A DNA stretch of 64,000 nt from a virus (IMGVR_UViG_3300025070_000024:16917-80916), one strand, 5' to 3'; numbered from the stretch's first letter, positions 48,027 through 58,653 are shown. Notes: generated by a model not told the origin, from the sequence alone. Made by a program: numbers and translations.

Positions 48027-49260
48027 TTTAAACAAACTTGCAAGACAAAAACAAGTCATCAAAAGGTGGACTGAATCAGGTAGACGTGGAACACTAGAAG
48101 CTGTGACAGGTTTCGGAAAGACTTATGTATCTCTCCTTATCCTAAAAAACCTCCAGGAAAATAAACCAGAAGGTACAGCCTTAGTTATTGTGCCTACTAC
48201 TAACCTTAAAGGTCAATGGGAAGCTGGGTGTCGTAAACTAGGAATTACCAACACTCAGGTAATGGTGATTAACACCGCTGTGAAGACAAGTCATAAGTGT
48301 GATTTGCTTGTACTTGATGAAATTCACAACTATACTTCGAAGATCTTTGGCACCATCTTCGAAATTGTAGACTACAGTTACATCCTTGGATTGACTGCTA
48401 CTCTAGACACTGAAGACCCGCGTTTTTATCTCATTGATGAGTACGCACCTGTCATAGACCGAGTAACTCTAAAAGAAGCTGTCGATAACGGTTACGTATC
48501 GAAGTTTTTGATACTGAACCTCGGTGTACGGATGAATGCCGAAGAAGCTAGTACATACAAAGAAATTGTCGATTCATACTACAAGCACTTTGCTCTATTC
48601 AATAACCGCTACAACATCGCTATGAGTTGTGGCAACAATCGCCAATACTTGCAGGCGTACACCCAGCAACTTAACGGGTGGACAGAGCAAGAGGTGCTGA
48701 ATAAAGCTCGAGCTTGGAGAAAGGCTATGCAAGCTAGAATGACATTCATCTATAACTCTGTAAGCAAGCAAGAAGCTGCTAAAGAAATTATAGATATGTA
48801 TGATGTTCCTATGATAACCTTCAGTCAGAGCGTAAAATTTGCCTCAGAATTAGATAAAAAAACACAGCCTTGGAGCAAGGCATTCCACAGCAAAATCAAC
48901 AAGGCTAAGCGTAAGCAAATCCTTGAAGATTTCTCTGACCCTAAAACAGATACTCACATCATCCATACTGCAAGAGCTTTGGATGAGGGTTTTGATGTGG
49001 ATGGAATTGAATTAGCGATAATTTGCTCAGGTTCTGGAACTCCAAGACAGGATCTTCAACGTACAGGCCGTGCAATCCGTTGGAAAGAAGGAAAGCTCGG
49101 CGTTGTAATAAACCTTTATCTAAAAGATACACAAGATGAAACATGGCTCAGAAAGAGGCAAGCCAAGAGTACAGGAGTGCAGTACGTCAACTCCTTGCAA
49201 GAGATATCACGTCTCATCGGAAACTCTTTATTCCGAAATCCTCATGTTAATCACGGATGA
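48016..49260 (+). CDS. Superfamily 2 helicase
   Basis: AVTGFGKT, LDEIH, GLTAT, LDEGFDV, QRTGRAIR; likely ATG 48016. Confidence 0.9.
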   Translation: MKIDLNKLARQKQVIKRWTESGRRGTLEAVTGFGKTYVSLLILKNLQENKPEGTALVIVPTTNLKGQWEAGCRKLGITNTQVMVINTAVKTSHKCDLLVLDEIHNYTSKIFGTIFEIVDYSYILGLTATLDTEDPRFYLIDEYAPVIDRVTLKEAVDNGYVSKFLILNLGVRMNAEEASTYKEIVDSYYKHFALFNNRYNIAMSCGNNRQYLQAYTQQLNGWTEQEVLNKARAWRKAMQARMTFIYNSVSKQEAAKEIIDMYDVPMITFSQSVKFASELDKKTQPWSKAFHSKINKAKRKQILEDFSDPKTDTHIIHTARALDEGFDVDGIELAIICSGSGTPRQDLQRTGRAIRWKEGKLGVVINLYLKDTQDETWLRKRQAKSTGVQYVNSLQEISRLIGNSLFRNPHVNHG

Positions 49261-49397
49261 TACATGTGAGGTAAATGATTCTGCATGGAGATTTCAATTG
49301 AAACTCCAGGAAGAATTTAAAACAGTAGCTACGTTGAAAGAGGTAAAAAGCGTAGTCCAAGAAGTCTTAGTTAATATGAAAATAGAACAGGTAAGTA

Positions 49398-49955
49398 ATG
49401 GTATTCGCTCTTGATAAATATGTAGACGTACTAGTGAGTTTAGGCATCAACCCTACTCAGCTATTCTTCTGTCAAATTATTTATGAGCGAAGACATGACT
49501 TGCTATACAAAATCGCTCAAGAAGGATTCTCTTTCCCCAGAGAGTATTTAGACCAACTTGAGTTGATAGGACTTATAGTCAATACTAATCCCTCAGGTGA
49601 CAACACCTTTGCAGACTACTACGAAGTGACAGACAAGTTCGTTAAGGAGTTCTACACTGCTACTAAGCAAGATGGAGAGGAGTTTTGGAAGAAGTATCCT
49701 GCATACTTGAACATCTCAGGCAAAAGCATTCCTGCCAAAGGTGTGAACAAAGAGGAGATGATTAGGTGGTATCACCAAAACATCGGTACAGTTCATAATC
49801 ACAATGAGGTTATGGGTGCTTTAGAGTATGCGGTGAACAAGAAGCTCATCAATCAGCGCATTGACAAGTGGTTAGAATCAGAAGCCTTTGTCGATATATG
49901 GGAAATGATGAAAGACGATACGTCTGAGTCATTACCTCACGAGCGTATCATATGA
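49398..49955 (+). CDS. Conserved replication-module protein (possible initiator/loader)
   Basis: EEFWKKYP motif; directly upstream of DnaB. Confidence 0.45.
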   Translation: MVFALDKYVDVLVSLGINPTQLFFCQIIYERRHDLLYKIAQEGFSFPREYLDQLELIGLIVNTNPSGDNTFADYYEVTDKFVKEFYTATKQDGEEFWKKYPAYLNISGKSIPAKGVNKEEMIRWYHQNIGTVHNHNEVMGALEYAVNKKLINQRIDKWLESEAFVDIWEMMKDDTSESLPHERII

Positions 49956-50932
49956 GAAACGACCAGAGTCTGCTAGAAATTACTAGCATGGGATCGGCCT
50001 TGGAAAAAGCAGAGAATAGTATCAAGTCGTACTTGACTGGTACTGTTCCTGTTCTTAAGACAAGGTGGAAGAAAGTAAACAAATCTCTCCTTGGAGGATT
50101 TCAGTTTGGCATGCTCTACGTAATAGCGGGAGCATCAGGACATGGTAAGAGTATGTTTCTTAACAACCTTATCCGAGACTTTACTTCTCCTGCTATCAAT
50201 CCAAGCGACCCCGTGAAAGTCCTGCACTTCACTTTTGAGATGAGTGCAGAGATGGAAATACTACGTAGGGTTTCTGCTTTGAGTAAAGTTGGATTAGATA
50301 AGATGTTGCAAGCAGATGAATCTCTTACAGACATTGAACAAAACGTTGTTCGAGACAAGTTGAGACAAATTGATGAGCCTAATATCTACTTTGTAGAAAG
50401 GCCAGGCAATCGCATGCAAATCTTTGAAGCGATCATGAATTTCTTAGAAGCTAATAAGGGTAGTAGAGTGGTAGTCTGTTTAGACCACACTCTTCTTGTA
50501 AGTCCTATGAGTGGAGAGAATGAGATACAAAGTCTTGCTGAGTTAGGTAAGATGTTTATTCAGATGCGAAAAGAATATGGCATTATGGTCATCTTGCTTT
50601 CTCAGCTCAATGATAAGATTGAAGGCGAGCACAGACGTAATCCAGATTCTCCTGCTCTTCACTACCCAATGAAGACAGATATACATGGTAGCAAGCAGCT
50701 TTACCATGCAGCAGATGTGGTCATGGTACTACACCAACCGCAACTACTAGGATTAGTAAACTATGGAAGAAACAACTTGCCTACTGCTGATTTAGTAGCC
50801 TTGCATTGCCTCAAAAACAGACATGGTCAAGCAAGTATTGTTTTACTCAAAAACAAATTAAGACATGGCACATTCGAAGACTGGGACAACAGTGTCTCAA
50901 ACCGTAACAGTTCGCAACCCCAGTACGGTTAA
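49952..50932 (+). CDS. dnaB: DnaB-like replicative helicase
   Basis: AGASGHGKS, FEMS, LDH, LSQLN, ADVV, KNRHG. Confidence 0.88.
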   Translation: MRNDQSLLEITSMGSALEKAENSIKSYLTGTVPVLKTRWKKVNKSLLGGFQFGMLYVIAGASGHGKSMFLNNLIRDFTSPAINPSDPVKVLHFTFEMSAEMEILRRVSALSKVGLDKMLQADESLTDIEQNVVRDKLRQIDEPNIYFVERPGNRMQIFEAIMNFLEANKGSRVVVCLDHTLLVSPMSGENEIQSLAELGKMFIQMRKEYGIMVILLSQLNDKIEGEHRRNPDSPALHYPMKTDIHGSKQLYHAADVVMVLHQPQLLGLVNYGRNNLPTADLVALHCLKNRHGQASIVLLKNKLRHGTFEDWDNSVSNRNSSQPQYG

Positions 50933-51227
50933 AGAGATAGACGTAAACTATGGAGATGTCTTTATCCAATGTTTTACGTGGCAACTCCAGCCAAAAAAAC
51001 ACCTATCTCAGTGCAACTACAAGGCAACTATAATTTTGCCTGATGCACATCTGTCATATTGGAGCAGCGCTGATGAGATTGAGTTCATCAAGCATAAAAG
51101 CTTCACTTTAGGTGACCAAATGAAAAGGGTTGTCAACCAAGATCAGCTAGATTATCTGCGAAAACGTATCTTGACCAGCCTTAGAATGAACTTAGCAAAT
51201 CTTGAAGCACATTGTAAATTATCATGA
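50865..51227 (+). CDS. Hypothetical protein
   Basis: 120 aa, fills the gap between dnaB and the ATPase. Confidence 0.5.
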   Translation: MAHSKTGTTVSQTVTVRNPSTVKEIDVNYGDVFIQCFTWQLQPKKHLSQCNYKATIILPDAHLSYWSSADEIEFIKHKSFTLGDQMKRVVNQDQLDYLRKRILTSLRMNLANLEAHCKLS

Positions 51228-51913
51228 AAGTAGAACCTAAAATAACTGAAGCAGCACAAAGCCCACACAGGTTGTTCCTGTATGGCAAGCCAAAAACAGG
51301 CAAAACCACAAGTGTCTCTAAGCTACCTAGACACCTTATCATTGACACTGAAGTAAAGGGTGAATATGATGGAGAGTTAAAAGGTGGCACTAGCTACTGC
51401 GATGGTGCATATAGTATTGTAGTTGATGGATTACCACGACTACGCGCTACCATGGAGTATGCTAAAGAACACCAGAGTGAAATTGACTTTGTTGTGTTAG
51501 ATACGATTGACCACATTGAACAATGGGTGACTGACGATATATGCGCTAGCCATAAAGTCAAACACATTGGCGACTTACCTCATGGTAAGGGCTGGTCTAT
51601 GATGAAGACTAAGGTGATGCAAATCATCGAAGCCTTTGCGCGTATTAGCAAACACCTTATAGTCATTGGTCATCAAAAAGATGGTCACGGAGAAGGTGAA
51701 ATCCAGGTGGATCAAATCAACCTCACTGGTAAGCTGAAGACTCAAATGTGTTCAGTAATGGATGGCATCGGTAGAGTATATCGTGATGGGGATACCCTCA
51801 TGGTAGACTTCCGAGGTGGCACAAACACCGATGCTGGAACTCGCTTACCTGCCTTAGCAGGAAAGTTTTGCCCCCTTGAATGGTCAACTATTTACCCAGA
51901 TATGATTAAGTAA
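51224..51913 (+). CDS. AAA_24 / Sak4-like ATPase
   Basis: YGKPKTGKTT, IIDTE, VVLDTID, LPHGKGW, VIGH. Confidence 0.8.
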   Translation: MKVEPKITEAAQSPHRLFLYGKPKTGKTTSVSKLPRHLIIDTEVKGEYDGELKGGTSYCDGAYSIVVDGLPRLRATMEYAKEHQSEIDFVVLDTIDHIEQWVTDDICASHKVKHIGDLPHGKGWSMMKTKVMQIIEAFARISKHLIVIGHQKDGHGEGEIQVDQINLTGKLKTQMCSVMDGIGRVYRDGDTLMVDFRGGTNTDAGTRLPALAGKFCPLEWSTIYPDMIK

Positions 51914-52530
51914 TGTACGGATTCGACGAAAAAACACCAGAAGCAGGAGGCAGTAACAGACTGCCCGCAGGTATTAATGAAAATGTCTTTCTAAGGGACA
52001 TTCTGTTTGAACCCTTGAAGCCTGACAGCAATGACAATGTCATTCAGTTCTTATTTAGTGACGCTAATGGCGCAACATTTAAGCACCTTGAGTGGCCTCT
52101 TGACTACAACAAGCTTGTGAACCTTGCTAAGGGTTGGAACAAGCCTCAAACAGAAGCTGAGAAATGGGCTAAGGAACAGTTTACCGAACAAGGTCAACGT
52201 GTGCAGCACATCTTAGCATCGTTCATCCCTAAAGACAAGTGTGTCTTTAAGGCAGATAGCTTTGATCAGTTTGCTGCAGGCATCATCAAGCTGTTGGGCA
52301 ATCAACATACTGATAAGCCTGTGCGGTTGAAGATTGTATACAAGAAGAACAGCCAGTATACTTCTTTTCCTAAGAAAGCATACAAGGCTTTCATCCAACC
52401 AATGTCTGAGCCTAACCGCTTGCGCATTGACCCTAAGTACGATATTGTAGATGCTCCTGAACCTGACCAGGAGGATTCATTTACACCTAGTACGGAGTCT
52501 ACTGGAGAACTATCCGGTAAGTCCTGGTAA
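51913..52530 (+). CDS. Putative ssDNA-binding protein
   Basis: LPAG N-terminal motif, acidic C-tail ending in Trp; follows Sak4-like ATPase. Confidence 0.5.
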   Translation: MYGFDEKTPEAGGSNRLPAGINENVFLRDILFEPLKPDSNDNVIQFLFSDANGATFKHLEWPLDYNKLVNLAKGWNKPQTEAEKWAKEQFTEQGQRVQHILASFIPKDKCVFKADSFDQFAAGIIKLLGNQHTDKPVRLKIVYKKNSQYTSFPKKAYKAFIQPMSEPNRLRIDPKYDIVDAPEPDQEDSFTPSTESTGELSGKSW

Positions 52531-53576
52531 TGTATGAACTTGCACCAGATATCACAAGGGAGTATATCCTTAATAAGCTTTCTCAAGAGCAGATTATGGA
52601 GCGCTACCTTGGGTGCAAGATTCATTTGAAGAAAAGGTTTTGCTCTCCTTTGCGTGAAGACACCAACCCTAGTTGTGGGTTCTTTTACAATAAGGAGGGC
52701 GACCTGCTCTTCAATGATTTTGCAGGGTTCTTTACTGGAGGCTGCTTCAAGATTGTTATGCATATGCACAACTGCAGTTTCAGAGAAGCCCTGAATCTCA
52801 TAGCCGAAGACTTTGGATTGCTTACAGGTAATCCCGTACCTAAAGAAGAGCATGAAAAAGTAGTGGGTGGCAAGTCCCATACCATGATTGAAGTCAAAAG
52901 ACGTTCATGGGATGATCGCGACCGCAAATACTGGACACAATTTGGTATATCAAAAGCCACTCTAGAACTGTTTCATGTATCTGCAGTAAGCATAGTATGG
53001 GTCAATGGGAAAATCGTTTACGGCGATAAGACCAGCGATCCGGCTTATGCCTACAACTTTGGAGGAGGCAACTACAAAATTTATTTCCCTTTAAGAAGTG
53101 CAAATAGATTTATGTGTAACTGCCAAGTAGTTCAAGGCAGTCATATATTCAGAGATTACCGCAAAGGAGTAGTCCTTACCAAGAGTCTAAAAGACGTCAT
53201 GGTATTTCATGAACTTGGAATTACTGCTGTAGCTCCTCAGTCAGAAACAGTGTATCCTGACTCAAGTTACATGGAGGAGTTGATGTCACTGACCCCACAA
53301 ATAGTAACGGTCTACGACTTTGATAGAGCTGGCGTTACAATGGCTAACTACATACGTAAACAATATGGTATCCCTGCATTGTTCTTTACCAACGGTCGTT
53401 TTGGAACTGAAAACTTTGGAGGCAAGGATATTAGTGACGTAATCAAATACCAAGGAAGAGCTTGGGTAAACCAAGTAGTATCTTCGGCATATGCCAACTA
53501 TTGCAACGGTAACAATACCTCAGTTCATCACTCACGTGAAGATGAGCAACCGGAGACGAGCAACTTACTACACTAG
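52530..53576 (+). CDS. dnaG: DnaG-type (TOPRIM) primase
   Basis: SPLREDTNPSC, TKSLKDVM, APQSE, YDFDRAG, KDISD. Confidence 0.82.
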   Translation: MYELAPDITREYILNKLSQEQIMERYLGCKIHLKKRFCSPLREDTNPSCGFFYNKEGDLLFNDFAGFFTGGCFKIVMHMHNCSFREALNLIAEDFGLLTGNPVPKEEHEKVVGGKSHTMIEVKRRSWDDRDRKYWTQFGISKATLELFHVSAVSIVWVNGKIVYGDKTSDPAYAYNFGGGNYKIYFPLRSANRFMCNCQVVQGSHIFRDYRKGVVLTKSLKDVMVFHELGITAVAPQSETVYPDSSYMEELMSLTPQIVTVYDFDRAGVTMANYIRKQYGIPALFFTNGRFGTENFGGKDISDVIKYQGRAWVNQVVSSAYANYCNGNNTSVHHSREDEQPETSNLLH

Positions 53577-54075
53577 TAAAGATAAGATTCCAAAGAAGTA
53601 CCAAGATCCAACCTTCGGATATGACCGAAAGGGTAGGCTATGTACTAACGATGGACAGCCAATCATTCGTAACGCAAGGAGTGTAAACACCCCGCGTATG
53701 AAGAAGATTAACGGTCAAGACTTCTATGCTGGTAACACAAGACCAGTCATGCGAGTCAAGATAGTTAATGCAATCAAAGATGCTTTCCGCCCTTACCTTA
53801 GGAAGGTTCGAAAGATTAAATCTTTTCCTGTTAAGCTACACTGTGAGTTTCACGACATGCCTGGTAGAGCAGATTGGGATTTAGACAACAAATGGATTTA
53901 CTGTAAAGTGTTCCAAGACTTGTTGGTTCAAGAAGGAAAGTTGCCTGACGACAACATAAAATTTGTCAGTCAAGCTGCAGCCATGGAGTTTTATCCTGTT
54001 GAAAAAGAGGAAGATAGGAAGTTGGTTTTCCATATAGTAAGTGACGATAGAAATCACTATAGTTTTTATACATGA
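53491..54075 (+). CDS. RusA-like Holliday junction resolvase
   Basis: DWDLDN...K...D.L....LPDDN catalytic pattern. Confidence 0.65.
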   Translation: MPTIATVTIPQFITHVKMSNRRRATYYTSKDKIPKKYQDPTFGYDRKGRLCTNDGQPIIRNARSVNTPRMKKINGQDFYAGNTRPVMRVKIVNAIKDAFRPYLRKVRKIKSFPVKLHCEFHDMPGRADWDLDNKWIYCKVFQDLLVQEGKLPDDNIKFVSQAAAMEFYPVEKEEDRKLVFHIVSDDRNHYSFYT

Positions 54076-54524
54076 TTAATGTAACAGCACGAATTAAACA
54101 AGGACATTTAGAAGTCCACCAAGAAGCAGAATGGGCAGAAGAGCTTAACAAGCTCAATGGTCGCACAGTAGAGATACTGGTAAGGCCAATCAATTTGCGC
54201 AGCCAAAAACAGAACAAGTACTATTGGGGTACTCTTATCTATATGATTTGGAGTGACTTAGTAAGTAAGGGATGGCGAGCAGATGATTTAGACCCCCTGG
54301 ACTACCAAGGGTCTTTAACTAAGAATCATGTACACGAGTACATGCGATACAAGTTTTTAGAAGCTGACGTATTTAACGCAGTAACAGAAGAAGTAGAGGG
54401 AACAGAATTCCGTTCTACTAAAGGATTGTCTACTACAGAGTTTATGACCTACGTAGAAGACATTAGAGAGTGGGCAGTAACAGCTCTGGATTTAGATATT
54501 CCAGACCCAAATGAAATAGCATGA
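54072..54524 (+). CDS. NinB-like protein
   Basis: RSQKQNKYYWG...STKGLSTTEFMTYVE...IPDP. Confidence 0.65.
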   Translation: MINVTARIKQGHLEVHQEAEWAEELNKLNGRTVEILVRPINLRSQKQNKYYWGTLIYMIWSDLVSKGWRADDLDPLDYQGSLTKNHVHEYMRYKFLEADVFNAVTEEVEGTEFRSTKGLSTTEFMTYVEDIREWAVTALDLDIPDPNEIA

Positions 54525-54724
54525 GTAAGATAAAGAATTTCTTTCACGATCAAATCTCTGAGCAGCAGAAGCCTGACACAGAGTATGGAGTAACTAGTAT
54601 GTTAACTGTCCAACGACTCACACAAGAGTATTTGGAGGACAAAATAAATGCCCAAGCATATATACTAGGTGTGATGCTCGAAGTAAAAAACTTTGAGAAC
54701 ATGCATACTCCTACAAAACCATGA
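54521..54724 (+). CDS. Hypothetical protein
   Basis: 67 aa, coupled at both ends. Confidence 0.5.
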   Translation: MSKIKNFFHDQISEQQKPDTEYGVTSMLTVQRLTQEYLEDKINAQAYILGVMLEVKNFENMHTPTKP

Positions 54725-55671
54725 CTAGAGCTGAGGCTTTTGCAGAGCTACAAGCAGATGCTCCGCATGCACAAGGTTCTCTCTATAGCTATCACTCTGG
54801 TCCTTCAATATGGGAATGTCGACCTACTACTCTATGGAGATTAGGCATTGAAGCAGAGAAAGAAGACTATGATGGTAAAGCAATATGCGAGCAATATCAA
54901 GGATATCAAGAGATGTACTTACCACACTCGTGGAGAGCTGAGCGAGATGGATCCTTACACTATGGTGGGTTTGAGCTAGTAAGCCCTATCTACGATTTAT
55001 TTAGCCCTGAGATACATAACCATATCTACAACCCTGTTTTAGGATTCTTATTGAACTCTGAAACAAGTATTCGTTGTGGTGGTCACATGACTATATCCAA
55101 CCAAGGCAAATCTGGATTAGAACTGTTTACGGCAATAGAACCTTTTGTTCCACTGCTCTATGCTCTCTTTCCTAAAAGAGCTAAGGTTCGCGGCTACGCA
55201 GCCTTTGTAGACAAGGATATGGAGAAGAACAACAAGTACTGTGCATTTCATATTATGTCAGACAAAGTAGAGCTTAGGCTATTCTCAGGAATCAAGTCTC
55301 CAAAGCAATTGTCTTGGAGAATTAACCTATTGAGGATTATAGCTTTAGAGTCTTCTAAGTCTCCAATAACTGCAGATAGAATTTATGAGATGCTACTTGA
55401 CCAGACTTCTAATTTGCACAGACATCTAGCTAAAGTCTACACTAAAAAGTTGGGCGAAAAGATTATGCTAGTACATGCTTATACCAAAGCATACAAGAAA
55501 GAAGGAGTATTCACTTTTACTGAATATTCAAAAATCAAAGCGAAGGTGCCAAAGGGTGTCTTCGATGGGAGAGTACCTGTACTTCCCGCAAAGTCCGTAA
55601 GTAACTCTAACAAACAACAACTGTCATTAGATGTGTGTGATTATATCGAAGAGAGTCCAAGGGAAGCTTGA
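54721..55671 (+). CDS. COOH-NH2 ligase (amidoligase) family enzyme
   Basis: GIEAEKE, ERDGSL, GFELVSP, CGGHM, VELRLF motifs. Confidence 0.82.
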   Translation: MTRAEAFAELQADAPHAQGSLYSYHSGPSIWECRPTTLWRLGIEAEKEDYDGKAICEQYQGYQEMYLPHSWRAERDGSLHYGGFELVSPIYDLFSPEIHNHIYNPVLGFLLNSETSIRCGGHMTISNQGKSGLELFTAIEPFVPLLYALFPKRAKVRGYAAFVDKDMEKNNKYCAFHIMSDKVELRLFSGIKSPKQLSWRINLLRIIALESSKSPITADRIYEMLLDQTSNLHRHLAKVYTKKLGEKIMLVHAYTKAYKKEGVFTFTEYSKIKAKVPKGVFDGRVPVLPAKSVSNSNKQQLSLDVCDYIEESPREA

Positions 55672-56599
55672 CTCAGAAATTGCTGCTAAGAGTATTCTGC
55701 TGAACCCTCATGGGTTTGGCATACTCTTGACAGATTCTGGAGAAGTGTACAAAACAATGGACCCACAAGAAGCCTATGATTGGCTTCAAACTGAAAGACC
55801 TTATGTCTTCCATGCCAGGTTAGCAACTGTTGGTCCAGTTAACATGGACAACACTCAACCTATCAAAATCAATGAGAGGTGTTGGCTGTTCCATAATGGT
55901 ACAGTCCAAACTCCTCGTAGTTGGGATACTTCTATGAGTGACAGCAGATTCGTGGCTGAAACGCTGCGTAGTATTTCAGGCCATAGTTGGAGAGATATCT
56001 TGAGTCTTACTGATTCTCGGTTCCTAACTTCTTTGAGTACTAAGCAAGGGGTTCGTACCAGTGTTACAGGTAAGTGGTTCAAGCGAAATGATATTTTCTT
56101 TAGCAAAGAGAATGTGCTGAAAGGCGAGCTTGTAGCTGTGTATGGTACACTAAGACGGGGATATGGTAATAACCATTATCTAAACAACGCTCAGTATCTA
56201 GGTACAGGAAAGACCAAAGACAAACTCAGAATGATTTGCGAAGGCATTCCATTTGTCTTATCCGGAGACCATGAAGATGGTGATCATCTTAAGGTAGAAG
56301 TCTATCTTGTTCCTAAGGAGAGTATGCCTAACATAGATAGGCTAGAAAGCCATCCAGAATGGTACCAGCGAAAGAAGACTACTGTTTACTTAGATGGTAG
56401 TATACCTGTAGAATCTTGGCTGTATTTCAACGATCAGCATAGTCCTGAGAACCTTGCTTTTTACAATGATTTTGCAGACTACAAGCAGCCAGATCCGATT
56501 ATGTCTTCTGACAACTTCATGTTTGATGAACATGAAAACAAATACTTTGACCTAAATGCAGGTGAGTATGTAAACGACGCTCAAATCAAAATGTTTTGA
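55631..56599 (+). CDS. Class II glutamine amidotransferase fused to gamma-glutamylcyclotransferase
   Basis: MC start, NPHGFG, HARLATVG, FHNG, SDS; then VAVYGTLRRG...EVY...DRLE. Confidence 0.85.
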   Translation: MCVIISKRVQGKLDSEIAAKSILLNPHGFGILLTDSGEVYKTMDPQEAYDWLQTERPYVFHARLATVGPVNMDNTQPIKINERCWLFHNGTVQTPRSWDTSMSDSRFVAETLRSISGHSWRDILSLTDSRFLTSLSTKQGVRTSVTGKWFKRNDIFFSKENVLKGELVAVYGTLRRGYGNNHYLNNAQYLGTGKTKDKLRMICEGIPFVLSGDHEDGDHLKVEVYLVPKESMPNIDRLESHPEWYQRKKTTVYLDGSIPVESWLYFNDQHSPENLAFYNDFADYKQPDPIMSSDNFMFDEHENKYFDLNAGEYVNDAQIKMF

Positions 56600-56880
56600 G
56601 TAAGAAGAAGAAGGGAAGAGCACAAGTATTTCTTGTTACCTACCAAGCTGTATTTGTAGGTAGCGATACTTGGCATGGCACTGTTAGCGTCAGCGGTACT
56701 GATGATGAAAGCTCTACATCTATAGAAAAGAAAGCAAGAAATCAAATTCACTCTATCTTGAGGAACAGATTCAAACTAACTGTAGACGAAATGCCTGAAG
56801 GCACATACCTTAAAACCTCTGACAGAATTACTGCGGAGTTAGAAAACGGAACATATGATCCAACAGAATCAAAAGATTGA
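56596..56880 (+). CDS. Hypothetical protein
   Basis: 94 aa, TTG start, coupled. Confidence 0.45.
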   Translation: MSKKKKGRAQVFLVTYQAVFVGSDTWHGTVSVSGTDDESSTSIEKKARNQIHSILRNRFKLTVDEMPEGTYLKTSDRITAELENGTYDPTESKD

Positions 56881-57884
56881 TGGACTACTTTGATATACCT
56901 GCTATCAGTAACAGCTCATTAAACTACATCGACCCTAATGCGGGAGGTAGTCCTAAGATGTTCAAGATGTACATGGATGGAAACCTGGAAAGTTACAGCT
57001 CTTCTGGATTCGAACTAGGTACTCTTGTTCATCAGCTCATCTTAGAGCCTGAAACTATCGACATGGAGCCTACAAATGTTCCAGGGCCGAAAGTGAAGGA
57101 GCTTATAGATAAGTTCATGAGCATGCTGAGTATGGACCATGCGGGGTTAGAGAATGAGTATTCGCTAGAAGATTTCTTCAACGAGTACAATGTAGAAGAC
57201 TTGCTTATAGATTTCTATAAAAGTCGTTCTCTCGAAAGCAAAATTAATACTCTGCTGAAAGAGGGGTCGTCGTACTGGTCAGACTTGTGTATGCTGAAGG
57301 ACAAGACTCTGGTTAGTCCTGAGGTATTTCATCAAGTCCACAATTGCTACGATGGTATTCAATCTAATGACCTTGCTAACTTCTTACTCCTTGGAGGAGA
57401 AGATAGCGAGTTTACAGAAGCTCGTAATGAGATTGAAATTACTTGGAAAGAAGAATGGCATGTTGGATTAGATGAACCCCCAGTTCCTTTGAACATGAAG
57501 TCTAAGGTTGACAGAGTGCTTATCAATGAAAATGATAAGTCTATTACTCTAGTCGATTTAAAGACTACTCGTACTCCGCTAGGTAGATTTCAAGAGACTC
57601 TTGAGAAATACAACTACCACAGGCAGATGGCTTTCTACCAGTTTGCTCTGTCATATGCTTTTCCAGGATATACTTTAAAGAATGTATACATCGTTGCTGT
57701 ACAGACTAATAAGCAATACCCCTGCGAAGTCTTTCATATTCATGACAGCTATCTAGAACTCGGATGGCATCAAGCATGTCAGTTGATTAACAGAATATGC
57801 TTGCATACTCAATCAGGTAATTGGTCTAGAAGCCAAGAGAGTCTATTGGGTGGTGCTATAGAATTAGCTTTGGAAGATGAGTAA
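56877..57884 (+). CDS. PD-(D/E)XK exonuclease (RecE/ExoVIII, Cas4-like)
   Basis: ISNSSL, GTLVH..ILEP, KSKVDR, VDLKTT, YHRQMAFY. Confidence 0.82.
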   Translation: MMDYFDIPAISNSSLNYIDPNAGGSPKMFKMYMDGNLESYSSSGFELGTLVHQLILEPETIDMEPTNVPGPKVKELIDKFMSMLSMDHAGLENEYSLEDFFNEYNVEDLLIDFYKSRSLESKINTLLKEGSSYWSDLCMLKDKTLVSPEVFHQVHNCYDGIQSNDLANFLLLGGEDSEFTEARNEIEITWKEEWHVGLDEPPVPLNMKSKVDRVLINENDKSITLVDLKTTRTPLGRFQETLEKYNYHRQMAFYQFALSYAFPGYTLKNVYIVAVQTNKQYPCEVFHIHDSYLELGWHQACQLINRICLHTQSGNWSRSQESLLGGAIELALEDE

Positions 57885-58560
57885 CACATATGAGCATGTA
57901 GTCGGTCCTGGTTGGTCGGAACATCTGAACACAGAGTTCCAGTCTTCTTACATGAACAAGCTTCGAGATAAAATTGATATCTGTTACACCTTCAGTACAG
58001 TATTTCCTGAGCAAAAAAACATCTTTAGGGCTTATCGCAAAACTGATTTCGATAAGGTCAAAGTTTTGATTCTAGGACAAGACCCCTATCATGATGGAGC
58101 GGCTACAGGTTTAGCCTTTGATGTAGGTAGTAGCACTAAAATAAATCCGTCTTTGCGCAACATAAAGAAAGAGGTATACAATAGTGTTGGAGCAGAAATA
58201 TCAGGTGGTAATCTAGAACCCTGGGCTGACCAAGGAGTATTCCTATTGAATACTATTCTAACAGTAGACAAGGGTTCTCCTAAGTCACACGACGGTTATG
58301 GTTGGGAAAAATTCATTGCAGCTACATTGAGCGCATTGAGTTTTAGAAAGGCAGAGTTACCTCTAGTAGTTATGCTTTGGGGTAAAGCTTCTCAAGTGTA
58401 TGAGAAGTTCTTTACGATGCCTCACCATCTGATACTCAAAGCTCCTCATCCTGCCGCTGAAGCATATGCTGGTGGTAAGGCTGGTTACTTTGGATGTGAT
58501 CATTTTAAAAAAGCTAATGATTGGCTTTCTAAACATGATACGACTACCATAGATTGGTAA
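57877..58560 (+). CDS. ung: Uracil-DNA glycosylase (family 1)
   Basis: GQDPYH, GLAF, PSLRNI, GVFLLN, HP motifs. Confidence 0.93.
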   Translation: MSNTYEHVVGPGWSEHLNTEFQSSYMNKLRDKIDICYTFSTVFPEQKNIFRAYRKTDFDKVKVLILGQDPYHDGAATGLAFDVGSSTKINPSLRNIKKEVYNSVGAEISGGNLEPWADQGVFLLNTILTVDKGSPKSHDGYGWEKFIAATLSALSFRKAELPLVVMLWGKASQVYEKFFTMPHHLILKAPHPAAEAYAGGKAGYFGCDHFKKANDWLSKHDTTTIDW

Positions 58561-58567
58561 TCGGGTA

Positions 58568-58653
58568 GGCTGAGTGGTGGAATTGGTAGACACGACAGAC
58601 TTAAAATCTGTTGAGCCGAATGGTTCGTGCGGGTTCGAGTCCCGCCTCAGCTA
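58568..58653 (+). tRNA. tRNA-Leu(TAA)
   Basis: Cloverleaf with long variable arm; ACAGA-CTTAAAA-TCTGT; T arm GCGGG-TTCGAGT-CCCGC; CCA not encoded. Confidence 0.92.
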
